Below are positions 18,635-27,913 of a stretch of 64,000 nt of DNA, one piece after another. The notes below the pieces were generated by a model. The model had not been told where the DNA came from. It saw only the letters and a list, made by a program, of their open reading frames with translations, and searched no databases. The DNA lies in contig PBPT01000082.1 in NCBI GenBank assembly GCA_002724735.1, positions 41,016-105,015 of the forward strand. Direction: 5' to 3'. The translations under genes were made by a program, and so were the position numbers. The stretch is from Fidelibacterota bacterium. Lineage in GTDB: Bacteria > Fidelibacterota > Marinisomatia > Marinisomatales > TCS55. How positions within the stretch are numbered: position 1 is the first letter of the stretch; each line of letters opens with the position of its first letter.

Positions 18635-19507
18635 TTAAATCCCAAATGCTATCGCAAACGCTGTTGATGTTTCATCTACATATTTTTTGTTTGGCACTGC
18701 TGTTACTCCTGATACTGCGCCACTTAGTGTTGCGGTTGTAAAAGATGCTGTTGATGGTGTAGTTGCACCTATTGTTGTATTATCAATTGTACTGTTATTT
18801 ATAGGTCCTACTATTCTTCCGTTTACACTATCGACTAACAAAGTACTGTTATCTGAATATACAGAGCCATTAAGATCTCCTGTTACTCCGCCAGTAGCTG
18901 ATATCATACTAGCAACACTCATTGTACCGCCAATATTTGCATTTCCTACTACGCCCAAACCTCCGGATACTTTTAAAGCACCAGTTGAAACACTTGTACT
19001 TTGTGTAGTATTTGTGATACTAACTTCACTAAAGTTTCTTGCTTGATCTAAAACTGTAATTACACCATACACTGTACCATCTACATTACCATAATACAAT
19101 GTATCTGGTGCAGATAAAGGAATAGTCCATGTTAGTCTTCCTGAGCTTTTTCCTTGTGCAGAGTCTCCAACTGTACTATCACTGTGCCTTAAACCACTAC
19201 TATAAACTGCTGTTGATCCAGGTGTAACACTACTAAAGATTTTAAAAACTAAAGTTGTAAATGCTAAATCTATTGTAGATGTTTGATTTCTATATACGGT
19301 TATGCCAGGTTGATTATTTAATTGGCCATCAAATCTGAAATTGCCTGCGGCTTCCACAAAGTCGTAATCTGCCGCTAATCCTGCTTCAGAATTATCTACA
19401 GATAAAGTTAAAGTACTAGCAGATATATTTCCGTTAGCGTCTACTGTAAAATTAGGGCTCTTGAACCCGTATTCTGATCTAAAAGGCGTATTAACTGTCG
19501 TTGGCAT
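18635..19507 (-). CDS. Tail-fibre-like structural protein
   Basis: 290 aa, S/T/G/N-rich. C-terminal ..VTAVPNKKYVDETSTAF.. carries the xKKYVD motif that is also present in the 320-aa fibre-like ORF (LTNKKYVDDAITNAF). Confidence 0.45.
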   Translation of the reverse strand: MPTTVNTPFRSEYGFKSPNFTVDANGNISASTLTLSVDNSEAGLAADYDFVEAAGNFRFDGQLNNQPGITVYRNQTSTIDLAFTTLVFKIFSSVTPGSTAVYSSGLRHSDSTVGDSAQGKSSGRLTWTIPLSAPDTLYYGNVDGTVYGVITVLDQARNFSEVSITNTTQSTSVSTGALKVSGGLGVVGNANIGGTMSVASMISATGGVTGDLNGSVYSDNSTLLVDSVNGRIVGPINNSTIDNTTIGATTPSTASFTTATLSGAVSGVTAVPNKKYVDETSTAFAIAFGI

Positions 19508-19546
19508 TCTTTACTCCATATAGTATATTTAGCCTAGTTATGAATG

Positions 19547-19948
19547 TCAACTAGTTAATGGATTTTGGTTTTGAAAGTAATTTGCAGTGTAAATAAACTT
19601 CGCACCTTCATATCCTGTTTTAGCTGTTATAAGTAAGTCAACATATGATTGATTTACTGTGACTGACAGGTCTACAAGATCGTTGCCTAAATTGCTACGA
19701 GAAAATGCATTTAGATTAGCATAGTCTACACCTACTGCAACAATACACTTGATTATTTCTTTATTAGCATTGTTATAGTCTATTGAGATTGTAAATTCTG
19801 CTGTGCTAAATTCACCTGCATGCCAGCGTTCTACTTGTGTATTTGTATAAGCTTGTTTCCATGGACCATTATGAGAGGTAGCACCATTATTGCGAAGAAG
19901 TAATGTTTTTTTAATTCCGTCTTTAAAGTAATTTGCAATGTTAAACAT
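19547..19948 (-). CDS. Hypothetical protein (fibre module)
   Basis: 133-aa ORF with a late-type box (GATAAATA) and SD-like AAAGGA upstream. No recognisable motif. Confidence 0.4.
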   Translation of the reverse strand: MFNIANYFKDGIKKTLLLRNNGATSHNGPWKQAYTNTQVERWHAGEFSTAEFTISIDYNNANKEIIKCIVAVGVDYANLNAFSRSNLGNDLVDLSVTVNQSYVDLLITAKTGYEGAKFIYTANYFQNQNPLTS

Positions 19949-19972
19949 AATGATCCTTTGTCATTATATTTA

Positions 19973-21778
19973 TCAGTTATTTACTATGATTAGTTTTCCA
20001 AATTCTGGCAAGTATAGATACTCAATATCACTGGTAGCAAGTGTGCGTATTGCATCATCAAGGGTTTCTACTAATGGTTCACCGCCTAAGTTAAAACTTG
20101 TGTTAAAAATAATTGGAACGTTTGTTTTATCTTTAAATGCTTTAATAATATCGTAATAATGTGGATTTTGATCTCTACTTACAGTTTGAATGCGACAAGT
20201 TCCGTCTACATGGATAATTGCAGGAATTTTTTCTTCTACACCTTCTTGACAATTTACAGCATACATCATTGTAGGACTGCTATCCATTCCTCGTAAATCA
20301 AACCAATCATGTGCATCTTCTTCTAGTATACTGCCAGCAAAAGGCCTGAAATATTCTCTACGTTTTACTGCATTTACAAAATCTTTTCCGTCTTTATAAG
20401 TAGGGTCAAACATCAAGCTTCTATTACCTAATGCACGTGGTCCATTTTCTGATCGCCCTTGAAAACAAGCAACAATATTTTTTGTAGTCATAAGTTCGAC
20501 TACATCTTCATGATTTGCATCTTTAATTTCAGCATCATATTTTTCAACTGTGCTATAAATTTCTTGTTCTGAATATTCATATTTAGGACCTAAAAATACG
20601 TTATCTGCTCTTGCATTAACTTTTGTATCTTGGGATACTTTATAATGCTGAAGTAATGCCGCACCCATTGCTGTGCCTGCATCATTAGAAATAGGCTCTA
20701 CATAAATTTCAATGCCTTCATCTTTTAAAGCTTCTAAGTAATGATAATTAGCTACACAGTTTAAACCGTATCCTCCGCTTATCACAACTTTTTTACATCT
20801 TGATTTTTCAACAGCATGTCTAATTAGCTTTACTACTGCTTCTTGTGTTTCTTGTTGTACAGCATATGCTAAGTCTCTTCTATTTTCTAAGTAAGTAACA
20901 TCTTCCTGATCAAATGCTAATTCTTCATTATCTAACTCTGCATACATTCCTTTGTTAACAACAGCTCCATTAGGATATCTTGGTACTATTAAACTTCTAC
21001 TAGTTGTTGGAATTGGTAGTGTTACTTCGTTATCCATAATAGCAGGAATATTATCGTTAGGTTTACCGTAGGGTGAAAGGCCCATAGTTTTACCTGCTTC
21101 AATAGCTTGAAAGCCACAGTATTCAGTAACAGCTTCATATGCTTTAACAATTCCTGCACGATCATGAATAAAAGCAGTATAATTTGTATTAGGCTCGCCC
21201 CAATTAGTGGCATCCCAATTATCAACTACTGCACCTGGTATAGCTTCTCTTGCACCTATACTTTTGTGTAGAGTTTTAAATTTATCAGGATACTGACATT
21301 TGTAAATACTTTCTGTTTCCCAAATAGTCATACTATTGCCCTCGTGGGTCAATGGAAAAAACGTACCAGCTCCATCAACAATAACCGCTACAGCTTCGTC
21401 AAATCCTGATCTATAAAAAGCCATTGCCGCATGCATTTTGTGATGATACATTGCTACATCAATTACTTCTGCTCTGCTTGATGGATCTTGTGTATGCAAT
21501 AAACCTATTTTTCTAGCTAAACCTGTGTAAACATCTTCACCAGAGTAATCTAATTTACCAGCAGTTTCTTCTAATCCAGTAGTATGTGCAATTACTAAGT
21601 AATCTAATCTGTCAGTATATTCTTTTATTTTAAGAATACTAGCCAATGGTCCGCCATCGTATTTTAATCTAGTAAGTCTTTCTTCTTCGATACTAAAAAC
21701 AATTTTGCCATCTTTTAACAAACATACACCTGCGTTATGTCCTCTAGCTATTCCTGCGATCCATATTGGTTTAGTCAT
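19973..21778 (-). CDS. Carbamoyltransferase, NodU/CmcH family
   Basis: 601 aa. N-terminal ASKHA-like region (IAGIARGHNAGVCLLKDGKIVFSIEEERLTRLK, ISGGYGLNCVAN). C-terminal blocks GPRALGNRSLMFDP, REYFRPFAGSILEE, HVDGTCRIQTV and FNTSFNLGGEPLV are typical of the family. Confidence 0.85.
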   Translation of the reverse strand: MTKPIWIAGIARGHNAGVCLLKDGKIVFSIEEERLTRLKYDGGPLASILKIKEYTDRLDYLVIAHTTGLEETAGKLDYSGEDVYTGLARKIGLLHTQDPSSRAEVIDVAMYHHKMHAAMAFYRSGFDEAVAVIVDGAGTFFPLTHEGNSMTIWETESIYKCQYPDKFKTLHKSIGAREAIPGAVVDNWDATNWGEPNTNYTAFIHDRAGIVKAYEAVTEYCGFQAIEAGKTMGLSPYGKPNDNIPAIMDNEVTLPIPTTSRSLIVPRYPNGAVVNKGMYAELDNEELAFDQEDVTYLENRRDLAYAVQQETQEAVVKLIRHAVEKSRCKKVVISGGYGLNCVANYHYLEALKDEGIEIYVEPISNDAGTAMGAALLQHYKVSQDTKVNARADNVFLGPKYEYSEQEIYSTVEKYDAEIKDANHEDVVELMTTKNIVACFQGRSENGPRALGNRSLMFDPTYKDGKDFVNAVKRREYFRPFAGSILEEDAHDWFDLRGMDSSPTMMYAVNCQEGVEEKIPAIIHVDGTCRIQTVSRDQNPHYYDIIKAFKDKTNVPIIFNTSFNLGGEPLVETLDDAIRTLATSDIEYLYLPEFGKLIIVNN

Positions 21779-22747
21779 TTAATATCCTGTTGTTTCCATT
21801 AAGTTTATATCATTTTCAAAACAATAATTTCTTACTTGCTCTCTAAAGGTAAACAAATCTATGTCCGGCACTGATTTATAAATGCTGTTTATGCCTTTGA
21901 TTATACTACTTTGTTTATCATTAAATTTAATATTTTTCTTCAAAGCTGGCAACAATATTTCCAATAGCCACGAAGCCGCGCCGTCTGTAGAAGGATGAGG
22001 ATCCCACCAATAAGGTTGCTGTTTCTTTGTAGAAGCATTTGTGTTACCAAACTTGTATACACGATTAGAGTCGGTTAAGAATTGTTCCTTTCCTAATTTT
22101 TGTCCTTCCCAAACATGATTACCAATAGGTTTTAACCAATACTCTTTATTATCATTCCATATCATGTTTACATAATGTTCAAATTCAGGATATCTTTCTA
22201 GTAGATTACCTTCTGCATCAGTTGATTCTCCGTCGCCATTAAAATTTAAAAAATCTGCACCTAATTTTTGAAAATCTCCTATACTAGTCATAAACCATGT
22301 ACAGCCTACAGATTTTAAAAGTGCTTGAGCAAGTGTTATTGCATTTAGTGAATACATAACGTATGTCTGCTCACTAAAAAAATGATCTAACCATACTCTG
22401 TTATATATAGATGTATTATGCATGTTAAACATAGAACCTTTAGTTAACCAAGCCGATTCTTTATTTTTTTCCGGAAGTCCAGAATCTATCCAAGTCTTAC
22501 TAGTTTTTTTGAATAAGTGATAATCATTTCTTAAATGGGAAGACCATTGTACAATTATTGTATCGTCTTTTGTAAATTTGTTTTTTGAATGGCATTCAGC
22601 TAATCTCTGTGCAATACCAAGATTGCCTATACCAGGAAGCCCCCAGTTTTCTGCCTTGTCATAATCTGTATCGTAGCATAGTATTGTTGCCCACGTCGGC
22701 CAATCAACTAGAGAGAAACTACAACCGAATGTGAAAAGTCTAGCCAA
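21779..22747 (-). CDS. SGNH/GDSL-like hydrolase-fold protein (tentative)
   Basis: 322 aa. N-terminal FTFGCSFS resembles block I (GDS), GIGNLG resembles block III, and WWDPHPSTDGAASW resembles block V (DxxHP). Confidence 0.4.
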   Translation of the reverse strand: MARLFTFGCSFSLVDWPTWATILCYDTDYDKAENWGLPGIGNLGIAQRLAECHSKNKFTKDDTIIVQWSSHLRNDYHLFKKTSKTWIDSGLPEKNKESAWLTKGSMFNMHNTSIYNRVWLDHFFSEQTYVMYSLNAITLAQALLKSVGCTWFMTSIGDFQKLGADFLNFNGDGESTDAEGNLLERYPEFEHYVNMIWNDNKEYWLKPIGNHVWEGQKLGKEQFLTDSNRVYKFGNTNASTKKQQPYWWDPHPSTDGAASWLLEILLPALKKNIKFNDKQSSIIKGINSIYKSVPDIDLFTFREQVRNYCFENDINLMETTGY

Positions 22748-22749
22748 GA

Positions 22750-23685
22750 TTACTCGCCTAAATGCTTATCGATTTCTTCTACAATATGGGTTTCTATTTT
22801 GTCATTCATTTGCATAATGCCTTCGTTTACTCTGTCTGAAAATTCATCTACAGTCACTCTAATCGGGCTGTATACTCTTGAAAGTTCGCCCATGTCCATT
22901 ATATTAAATGATTCACAATTTGGATAGGAAGTATTAATAGGAAATGTACTTCCAATGACAACCGTGGACGGAATACCTGTTGCATAAGCAAGATGTTGTC
23001 CTACACTATCACAGCCCACAAAGTAATCAGCTTCGGCTATTAATGCTGTCCAAGTTCTCAAATCAGTTCCTTTAGGTACAGCAATTGGTCTGTCTACACC
23101 ATGTTCTTTAAAGTCAATAGCTATTTCTCCCATAAAAATTATACCATAGTTTTTAGAAAGTGCCTTAACCATGTTGACTAAATTTGTAGGCTCAATACTT
23201 CTACCGCTAAAATCTGTTAGCATGCCGCCTTCTTCAATAATACCTTTACCAAAAGGTTGAATAACAATTATTTTTTCTCTTTCGGTTTTTTCTCTTACTT
23301 CTTTTATTACTGTAGAAGCCCGCATAAGTTCACCTTTACTAAGCTTAATAGTGGGCTTAGGTAAGTCTCTTACACCTTGATTGTTGATTGCAATATCATA
23401 TGCTTGTGATAAACTGCATTTTTGATTATAGTATTCCCAAACCCTGTATGGTTCTGGACTAAGCATATTCATATCTTTGAGCTTATCTTCGAATAAATTT
23501 TTGTGCCAATGATCATATGCTTTTGCATGTAGCACAGGATGTCCTTTAAAAAAATCAGAACCTCCCTCACATACAACTAAAAAGTTGTCATCTGGATTTT
23601 CTTCGTGAAACTTTTCAAGTGCAGGAATCGAGCAAACAACTCTTCCTGCTCCACCATTAATAAAAATTGCAGTGCTTCTTGCCAT
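22750..23685 (-). CDS. Glycosyltransferase family 9 (heptosyltransferase-like)
   Basis: 311 aa. FINGGAGRVVCSIPALEKFHEENPDDNFLVVCEGG and ALIAEADYFVGCDSVGQHLAYATGIPSTVVIGSTFP parallel WaaC/WaaF blocks (..SMGDVLHTLPAL.., ..FVVSVDTGLSHLTAALDRPNITVYGPTDP..). Confidence 0.7.
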   Translation of the reverse strand: MARSTAIFINGGAGRVVCSIPALEKFHEENPDDNFLVVCEGGSDFFKGHPVLHAKAYDHWHKNLFEDKLKDMNMLSPEPYRVWEYYNQKCSLSQAYDIAINNQGVRDLPKPTIKLSKGELMRASTVIKEVREKTEREKIIVIQPFGKGIIEEGGMLTDFSGRSIEPTNLVNMVKALSKNYGIIFMGEIAIDFKEHGVDRPIAVPKGTDLRTWTALIAEADYFVGCDSVGQHLAYATGIPSTVVIGSTFPINTSYPNCESFNIMDMGELSRVYSPIRVTVDEFSDRVNEGIMQMNDKIETHIVEEIDKHLGE

Positions 23686-23775
23686 ATTTATAGATCCTAT
23701 CGTTAGTAAACATAGTAGTTAATTGCTACTATGAATATTTAGCGACCAAAGATTTATAAATTAGATAAAGTGACT

Positions 23776-24819
23776 TTATTCTACTGCTGTTGATAATGCT
23801 GGATTATAAGTTTTTTCAGCTTCTTCAAATGCATGTGCATCTTCTGTATCTGTTGCTACACTATTAGCTTTAGTAACTTTTTTCCAGCTTGTAGGTCTTG
23901 TAAACAATGGTGATTCTCTCCATTTTACTTTCCAAGGATCAACTTGTTTAACTTTAGTAAGAGTAACTTTTGCTCCTGTTCCGCTTCCGTTTGTTACAAA
24001 GAAACATTCTGTGTAAACTGCGGCTTCTGGATGATATAATGCTCTCTTATTTTCAACACTAAACTCTGTAATTGCTCCTGAACCACTTACTTTAGTAACA
24101 GTAAGTTTCACTTCGTCAACTACTTGTGTGTTTTTATATTTAGGATCTTGTACTAATAACACATCTCCGACACTATAACCAGAACCACCTGTTGGCACTG
24201 TAGCTGTCCATGCAACACCAACTGTTTCAGTAATATCTCTTAGATATGTTCTATATTCTTGTATTTTTGTAATTAATCCTGAAGGCAAATCTTCACTGTA
24301 AAGTCTATCACTGTTCTGTAACTGGTTGTCTCTAAAAGCAACTTTCTCTTCCCATGTCATAATAGGTTTTCTCCAAGGTAACGGAGTTACCCATTGCTCT
24401 GCTTGAGGAGAATACTCAATTTCTGTAATTTCGTAAGTATGATTAGGTACGGGATACTTATCTCTTACATATGGTGTATCTTGTCCTGGTACATCTTCTT
24501 CTATGTCAGGAATTGAATGGGGATCAACGCCTTCAAATAAGCCAGCTATAATACATTCAGTATTAGAATCTTCAGGTCTTACTTCTACCATATAATGATC
24601 ACCTTGTGGAAATGGTATCTCGCCATTAAATAATTGCTGACCTACTTCTCCTCCTGATTCACAACGTATAAGTTTATTTGTAATACTATCAACCCATACA
24701 TATACTTTATCAGGACCTTTGTAAATTACTCTTGCTTTTTTACCTAGGTCGTTAGTTTGGTGATATATATCATCAGGTAAATCGTAAGTAAATTCTTTTG
24801 TTATTTCATTTATAGCCAT
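23776..24819 (-). CDS. Tail-fibre-assembly-chaperone-like protein with one GSGY module (paralog of 26391..27062)
   Basis: 347 aa. Shares ..YKGPDKVYVWVD.. and ..FRDNQLQNSDRLYSEDLP....IQEYRTYLRDITE.. with the 223-aa ORF. The second block matches the R..LL..sD......w..YRq.LRD pattern of phage tail assembly chaperone domains. Also contains TGGSGYSVGDVLLV. Confidence 0.5.
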   Translation of the reverse strand: MAINEITKEFTYDLPDDIYHQTNDLGKKARVIYKGPDKVYVWVDSITNKLIRCESGGEVGQQLFNGEIPFPQGDHYMVEVRPEDSNTECIIAGLFEGVDPHSIPDIEEDVPGQDTPYVRDKYPVPNHTYEITEIEYSPQAEQWVTPLPWRKPIMTWEEKVAFRDNQLQNSDRLYSEDLPSGLITKIQEYRTYLRDITETVGVAWTATVPTGGSGYSVGDVLLVQDPKYKNTQVVDEVKLTVTKVSGSGAITEFSVENKRALYHPEAAVYTECFFVTNGSGTGAKVTLTKVKQVDPWKVKWRESPLFTRPTSWKKVTKANSVATDTEDAHAFEEAEKTYNPALSTAVE

Positions 24820-24828
24820 AATTATTCC

Positions 24829-25629
24829 CTACCAGTATACCACATAAATCATTCCGCCGCCACCAACGCCGCCACATCTACATGTACCGTCATTAGTCCA
24901 GCCTGTCATTCCTCCACCGCCTGGGTGCATGCCCATCATCATACATGCTTGTCCACAACAACTAGAGTATGATCCACAAATGCCACCATGGCAACTGTTA
25001 CAGCATGTTGAAGTACCTTGTGGTCTAGGTCCTGGTGTACCGTATGCACTACCTACATGTTGCCAACCTGCTTCGATACAAAATTGGCTACTACGATATG
25101 CACCTGTTACACTAGTTTGACATTCTAATGTGGTTATTCCTGAACCACTTATATAATTGTTTGAACAACATGCACACATAGAACAACAAGAATAACAGTT
25201 TGTAGCTAAATGACACCTTGTATATCTAGCAGAGCATAATCCGCCTTCTACGCACATACACCAAGTTCCGTCACCATTACAAACATATGACGAACATCCG
25301 TGGAATCCTGCACAACAACTCATATTAGCACCAGATGTACCAGCTGAACACATTCTAATTTGATCGCCTGCAGAAACATCAGTTTCGACCATCATATAGC
25401 CGCCACCGCCGCCACCGCCGCCTTGTGTACAACAACAGCTATAGCCACCGCCTGCACCGCCGCTCCATACTTCAAATACTGCCTTTGTTACACCTGCTGG
25501 CACTGTCCAAAGATAACAACATCCTCCGTTGTGTGGTAACCATTTATTTGTATTTTGTATATAAAATTCTTGTGGTTTGATAACACCGCCTGTTTCGTAA
25601 CCGTATATTAAATTTGTTAATTGACTCAT
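24829..25629 (-). CDS. Cys/Gly-rich protein C (glycine-rich fibre-tip-like domain)
   Basis: 266 aa with 31 Cys (my count), including CC/CCC clusters and a G8 run. Shares HNGGCCYLWTVPAGVTKAVFEVWSGGAGGG..CCC, ..QIRMCSAG.. and C-terminal GGGGMIYVVYW with its two paralogs. Confidence 0.7.
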   Translation of the reverse strand: MSQLTNLIYGYETGGVIKPQEFYIQNTNKWLPHNGGCCYLWTVPAGVTKAVFEVWSGGAGGGYSCCCTQGGGGGGGGYMMVETDVSAGDQIRMCSAGTSGANMSCCAGFHGCSSYVCNGDGTWCMCVEGGLCSARYTRCHLATNCYSCCSMCACCSNNYISGSGITTLECQTSVTGAYRSSQFCIEAGWQHVGSAYGTPGPRPQGTSTCCNSCHGGICGSYSSCCGQACMMMGMHPGGGGMTGWTNDGTCRCGGVGGGGMIYVVYW

Positions 25630-25639
25630 GTTCTATTCC

Positions 25640-26389
25640 TTACGATGCTACGTGCCATTCTACTATAATTAAACCTCCGGCTCCTGCCGCACCACAACCG
25701 CAATAGCTGTTATGACTTGACGCCGTTCCGCCACCGCTGCCTGGCCAATAAGCATATCCTTGTTGTCCACAACCACAGCAATAACCTGAACATGCGTCTC
25801 TTGCTGGACGGAAAAAATCTCCTGTAAATGGTGCTTGTGGTGCCCAGTTCCATGCTGTTCCTGAACAAAATGCTGTACCTTTAAAAGCACCGGACATTCC
25901 GCATATTCCAAATCCGCCACACCATGAGCCGCATTCATATGCTGAACAACCCATATAGCTGTTTCCAATTGGACCCCAGCAATAATTACATCCTACTTTA
26001 CCTGCACTTGCACAAATAACATTAGCGGCTTCTGTTACACCATAAGCATAACTAGGATATCCTGGACATCCAGTGTTTGTATTTGCACAAGTAGTTGAAC
26101 CGCCTGCACAAAATCTGTACTGCTGTCCTGCTACAGTGTTAATAATTTTTCTTGCATAGCTTCCTGCTCCGCCTGGAATACCAAAGAAACAGCAACAGTT
26201 ACCTGCGCCGCCTCCGCCGCCGCCCCACATTTCCACTGCAAACCATGTAACGCCAGTTGGTACTGTCCATAAACAACAGCATCCGCCATTTTCCATATTG
26301 TCTACACTTGTGTGATAGACTACCATTGAATCAACAGCTACGGTGCCGCCACCGCCTCCATATTGTAACATTGTTTTCAGTGCTGACAT
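25640..26389 (-). CDS. Cys/Gly-rich protein B
   Basis: 249 aa with 23 Cys. ENGGCCCLWTVPTGVTWFAVEMWGGGGGGAGNCCC, QYRFCAGGS, and C-terminal GAGGLIIVEW. Confidence 0.7.
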   Translation of the reverse strand: MSALKTMLQYGGGGGTVAVDSMVVYHTSVDNMENGGCCCLWTVPTGVTWFAVEMWGGGGGGAGNCCCFFGIPGGAGSYARKIINTVAGQQYRFCAGGSTTCANTNTGCPGYPSYAYGVTEAANVICASAGKVGCNYCWGPIGNSYMGCSAYECGSWCGGFGICGMSGAFKGTAFCSGTAWNWAPQAPFTGDFFRPARDACSGYCCGCGQQGYAYWPGSGGGTASSHNSYCGCGAAGAGGLIIVEWHVAS

Positions 26390-26390
26390 A

Positions 26391-27062
26391 TTATTCTGCC
26401 TTCGTATCTGGTGCTAACGGAAATTCAACTTTCCAAGCTTCTACTTCGTCTGATTCACCTTTTTTATAAACTGTTGGTAGATCCCTAAGTGCTTGTCTGT
26501 AAGTAACCCATGGTGTTTTTACAGCATCGGGCATATCTGGTGAAATTTTACCGTCGGAAGCTTCTAGCTGTGAATCTCTTTGTAATATAATGTCATCCCA
26601 ATCAACTGGTGAAGTTTTGTAACCTGCTGACCATGTTTTTGCATCTAAATCATAAACACATTCGCTTTCGTCGACGTATGTTTCTCCAATTTCTGGCTTA
26701 CCATTATATTTTATGGTGTAATCACCGTATGTTTCTGTAACTGTTGTTTGATCATTTGTTACAATAGTTGAATCAGCAACTCTAAAAATTGCCATCATTA
26801 AAGGATCATCTGCAAGAGTTACTTCAACTCTTGTAGTACCTACTGGTACAGGAACATCTGCTCCTTCATCTCTTTCTGTTAGTTCTCCTGGACTTCTAAT
26901 TCTTTTGCCCTTGTTGTCACCGTCTGTATCAACAAATACATAAACCTTGTCTGGTCCATTGTATGTAGCAGAAGCTGTTAGTCCATCACTATCACTAGAA
27001 TCAAACATCTTGTTTGGCAATTTGTAATCAAATGTTTTACTAGCTATTGTATTTTCTGGCAT
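26391..27062 (-). CDS. Tail-fibre-assembly-chaperone-like protein (paralog of 23776..24819)
   Basis: 223 aa. ..YNGPDKVYVFVD.. and ..LQRDSQLEASDGKISPDMPDAVKTPWVTYRQALRDLP... Confidence 0.5.
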   Translation of the reverse strand: MPENTIASKTFDYKLPNKMFDSSDSDGLTASATYNGPDKVYVFVDTDGDNKGKRIRSPGELTERDEGADVPVPVGTTRVEVTLADDPLMMAIFRVADSTIVTNDQTTVTETYGDYTIKYNGKPEIGETYVDESECVYDLDAKTWSAGYKTSPVDWDDIILQRDSQLEASDGKISPDMPDAVKTPWVTYRQALRDLPTVYKKGESDEVEAWKVEFPLAPDTKAE

Positions 27063-27081
27063 TTTCTTTCCTCACACATTA

Positions 27082-27888
27082 TTAATTATAGTATACATAC
27101 ACTTGGCCACCGCCACCTGGTTGTCCATCACAGTGTGAACCTCCGCAAGCTATTCCGCTTGTTCCTGGTCCTCCAGGAAATTTATTTCCTGTAAATGGAT
27201 CACCACTTGTACACATTACATATCGTCCTTGTTGATACCAACAAGAACATAAATCTTCGTTCATTTGTCCAGGCTGATTAAATCCTGAATGGGTCCAATA
27301 ATAATACTGCGTATGACAGTATGTATTTCTTGTACCATGCCCACCAATACCTGGCATAATTATTCCTTTGTTAGCATCTGCAACATAACCTTGTGTAGCA
27401 CTAGATGAACCGCCTTGTATTCTTCCAAAACAGCAAGTATATGCATTGTATGGGCTCTGGAACCCTGGCTGTTGTGATCCTTCATCACCTCCACATGCAC
27501 AAATTATAGTTGCGGCCGCTGTTACATCATAAACATATGATGGACAACCATAACAGCTAGTATTTGATTTATTATATGCACAACCAGTTGACGATCCTGC
27601 ACAAATTCTATATTGACAACCTGCTTGGGTATCCATTTGATACCAAACATAAGAACCACTAGTTCCTTGATAAGCTTCAAAACTACAACAACATCCATCA
27701 TTACCTGATGAACCACCGCCCCATAGTTTAAACACAAGACTTGTTATACCTGCAGGCACAGTCCACAAACAACAGCAACCTCCGTTGGCGGCACTTGTAT
27801 GCGATGTATTCCATACTCTAAGTCTTTGAGGTATGTTACCTACGCTTTGTGGTCCTATATCGGCCAGTAGTGTTGTTAAAGCAGTCAT
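27082..27888 (-). CDS. Cys/Gly-rich protein A
   Basis: 268 aa with 21 Cys. ANGGCCCLWTVPAGITSLVFKLWGGGSSGNDGCCC, QYRICAGSS, and C-terminal GGGGQVYVYYN. Confidence 0.7.
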   Translation of the reverse strand: MTALTTLLADIGPQSVGNIPQRLRVWNTSHTSAANGGCCCLWTVPAGITSLVFKLWGGGSSGNDGCCCSFEAYQGTSGSYVWYQMDTQAGCQYRICAGSSTGCAYNKSNTSCYGCPSYVYDVTAAATIICACGGDEGSQQPGFQSPYNAYTCCFGRIQGGSSSATQGYVADANKGIIMPGIGGHGTRNTYCHTQYYYWTHSGFNQPGQMNEDLCSCWYQQGRYVMCTSGDPFTGNKFPGGPGTSGIACGGSHCDGQPGGGGQVYVYYN

Positions 27889-27913
27889 TGACTAACTCCC
27901 TGATTAATCTTAC

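Noticed and set aside
23685-23692. Perfect TATAAATA late box at the GT9 gene
   Set aside because: It overlaps the ATG itself (TATAAATATGG), so transcription from it would start inside the ORF. A GCTAAATA box further upstream (about 23737..23744) is a more plausible promoter.
25669-25968. 99-aa same-strand alternative-frame ORF inside Cys/Gly-rich gene B (similarly 27522..27737, 32318..32518, 46542..46769, 56185..56376)
   Set aside because: These are embedded out of frame in longer ORFs whose products have conserved paralogs or motifs. There are no independent translation signals.
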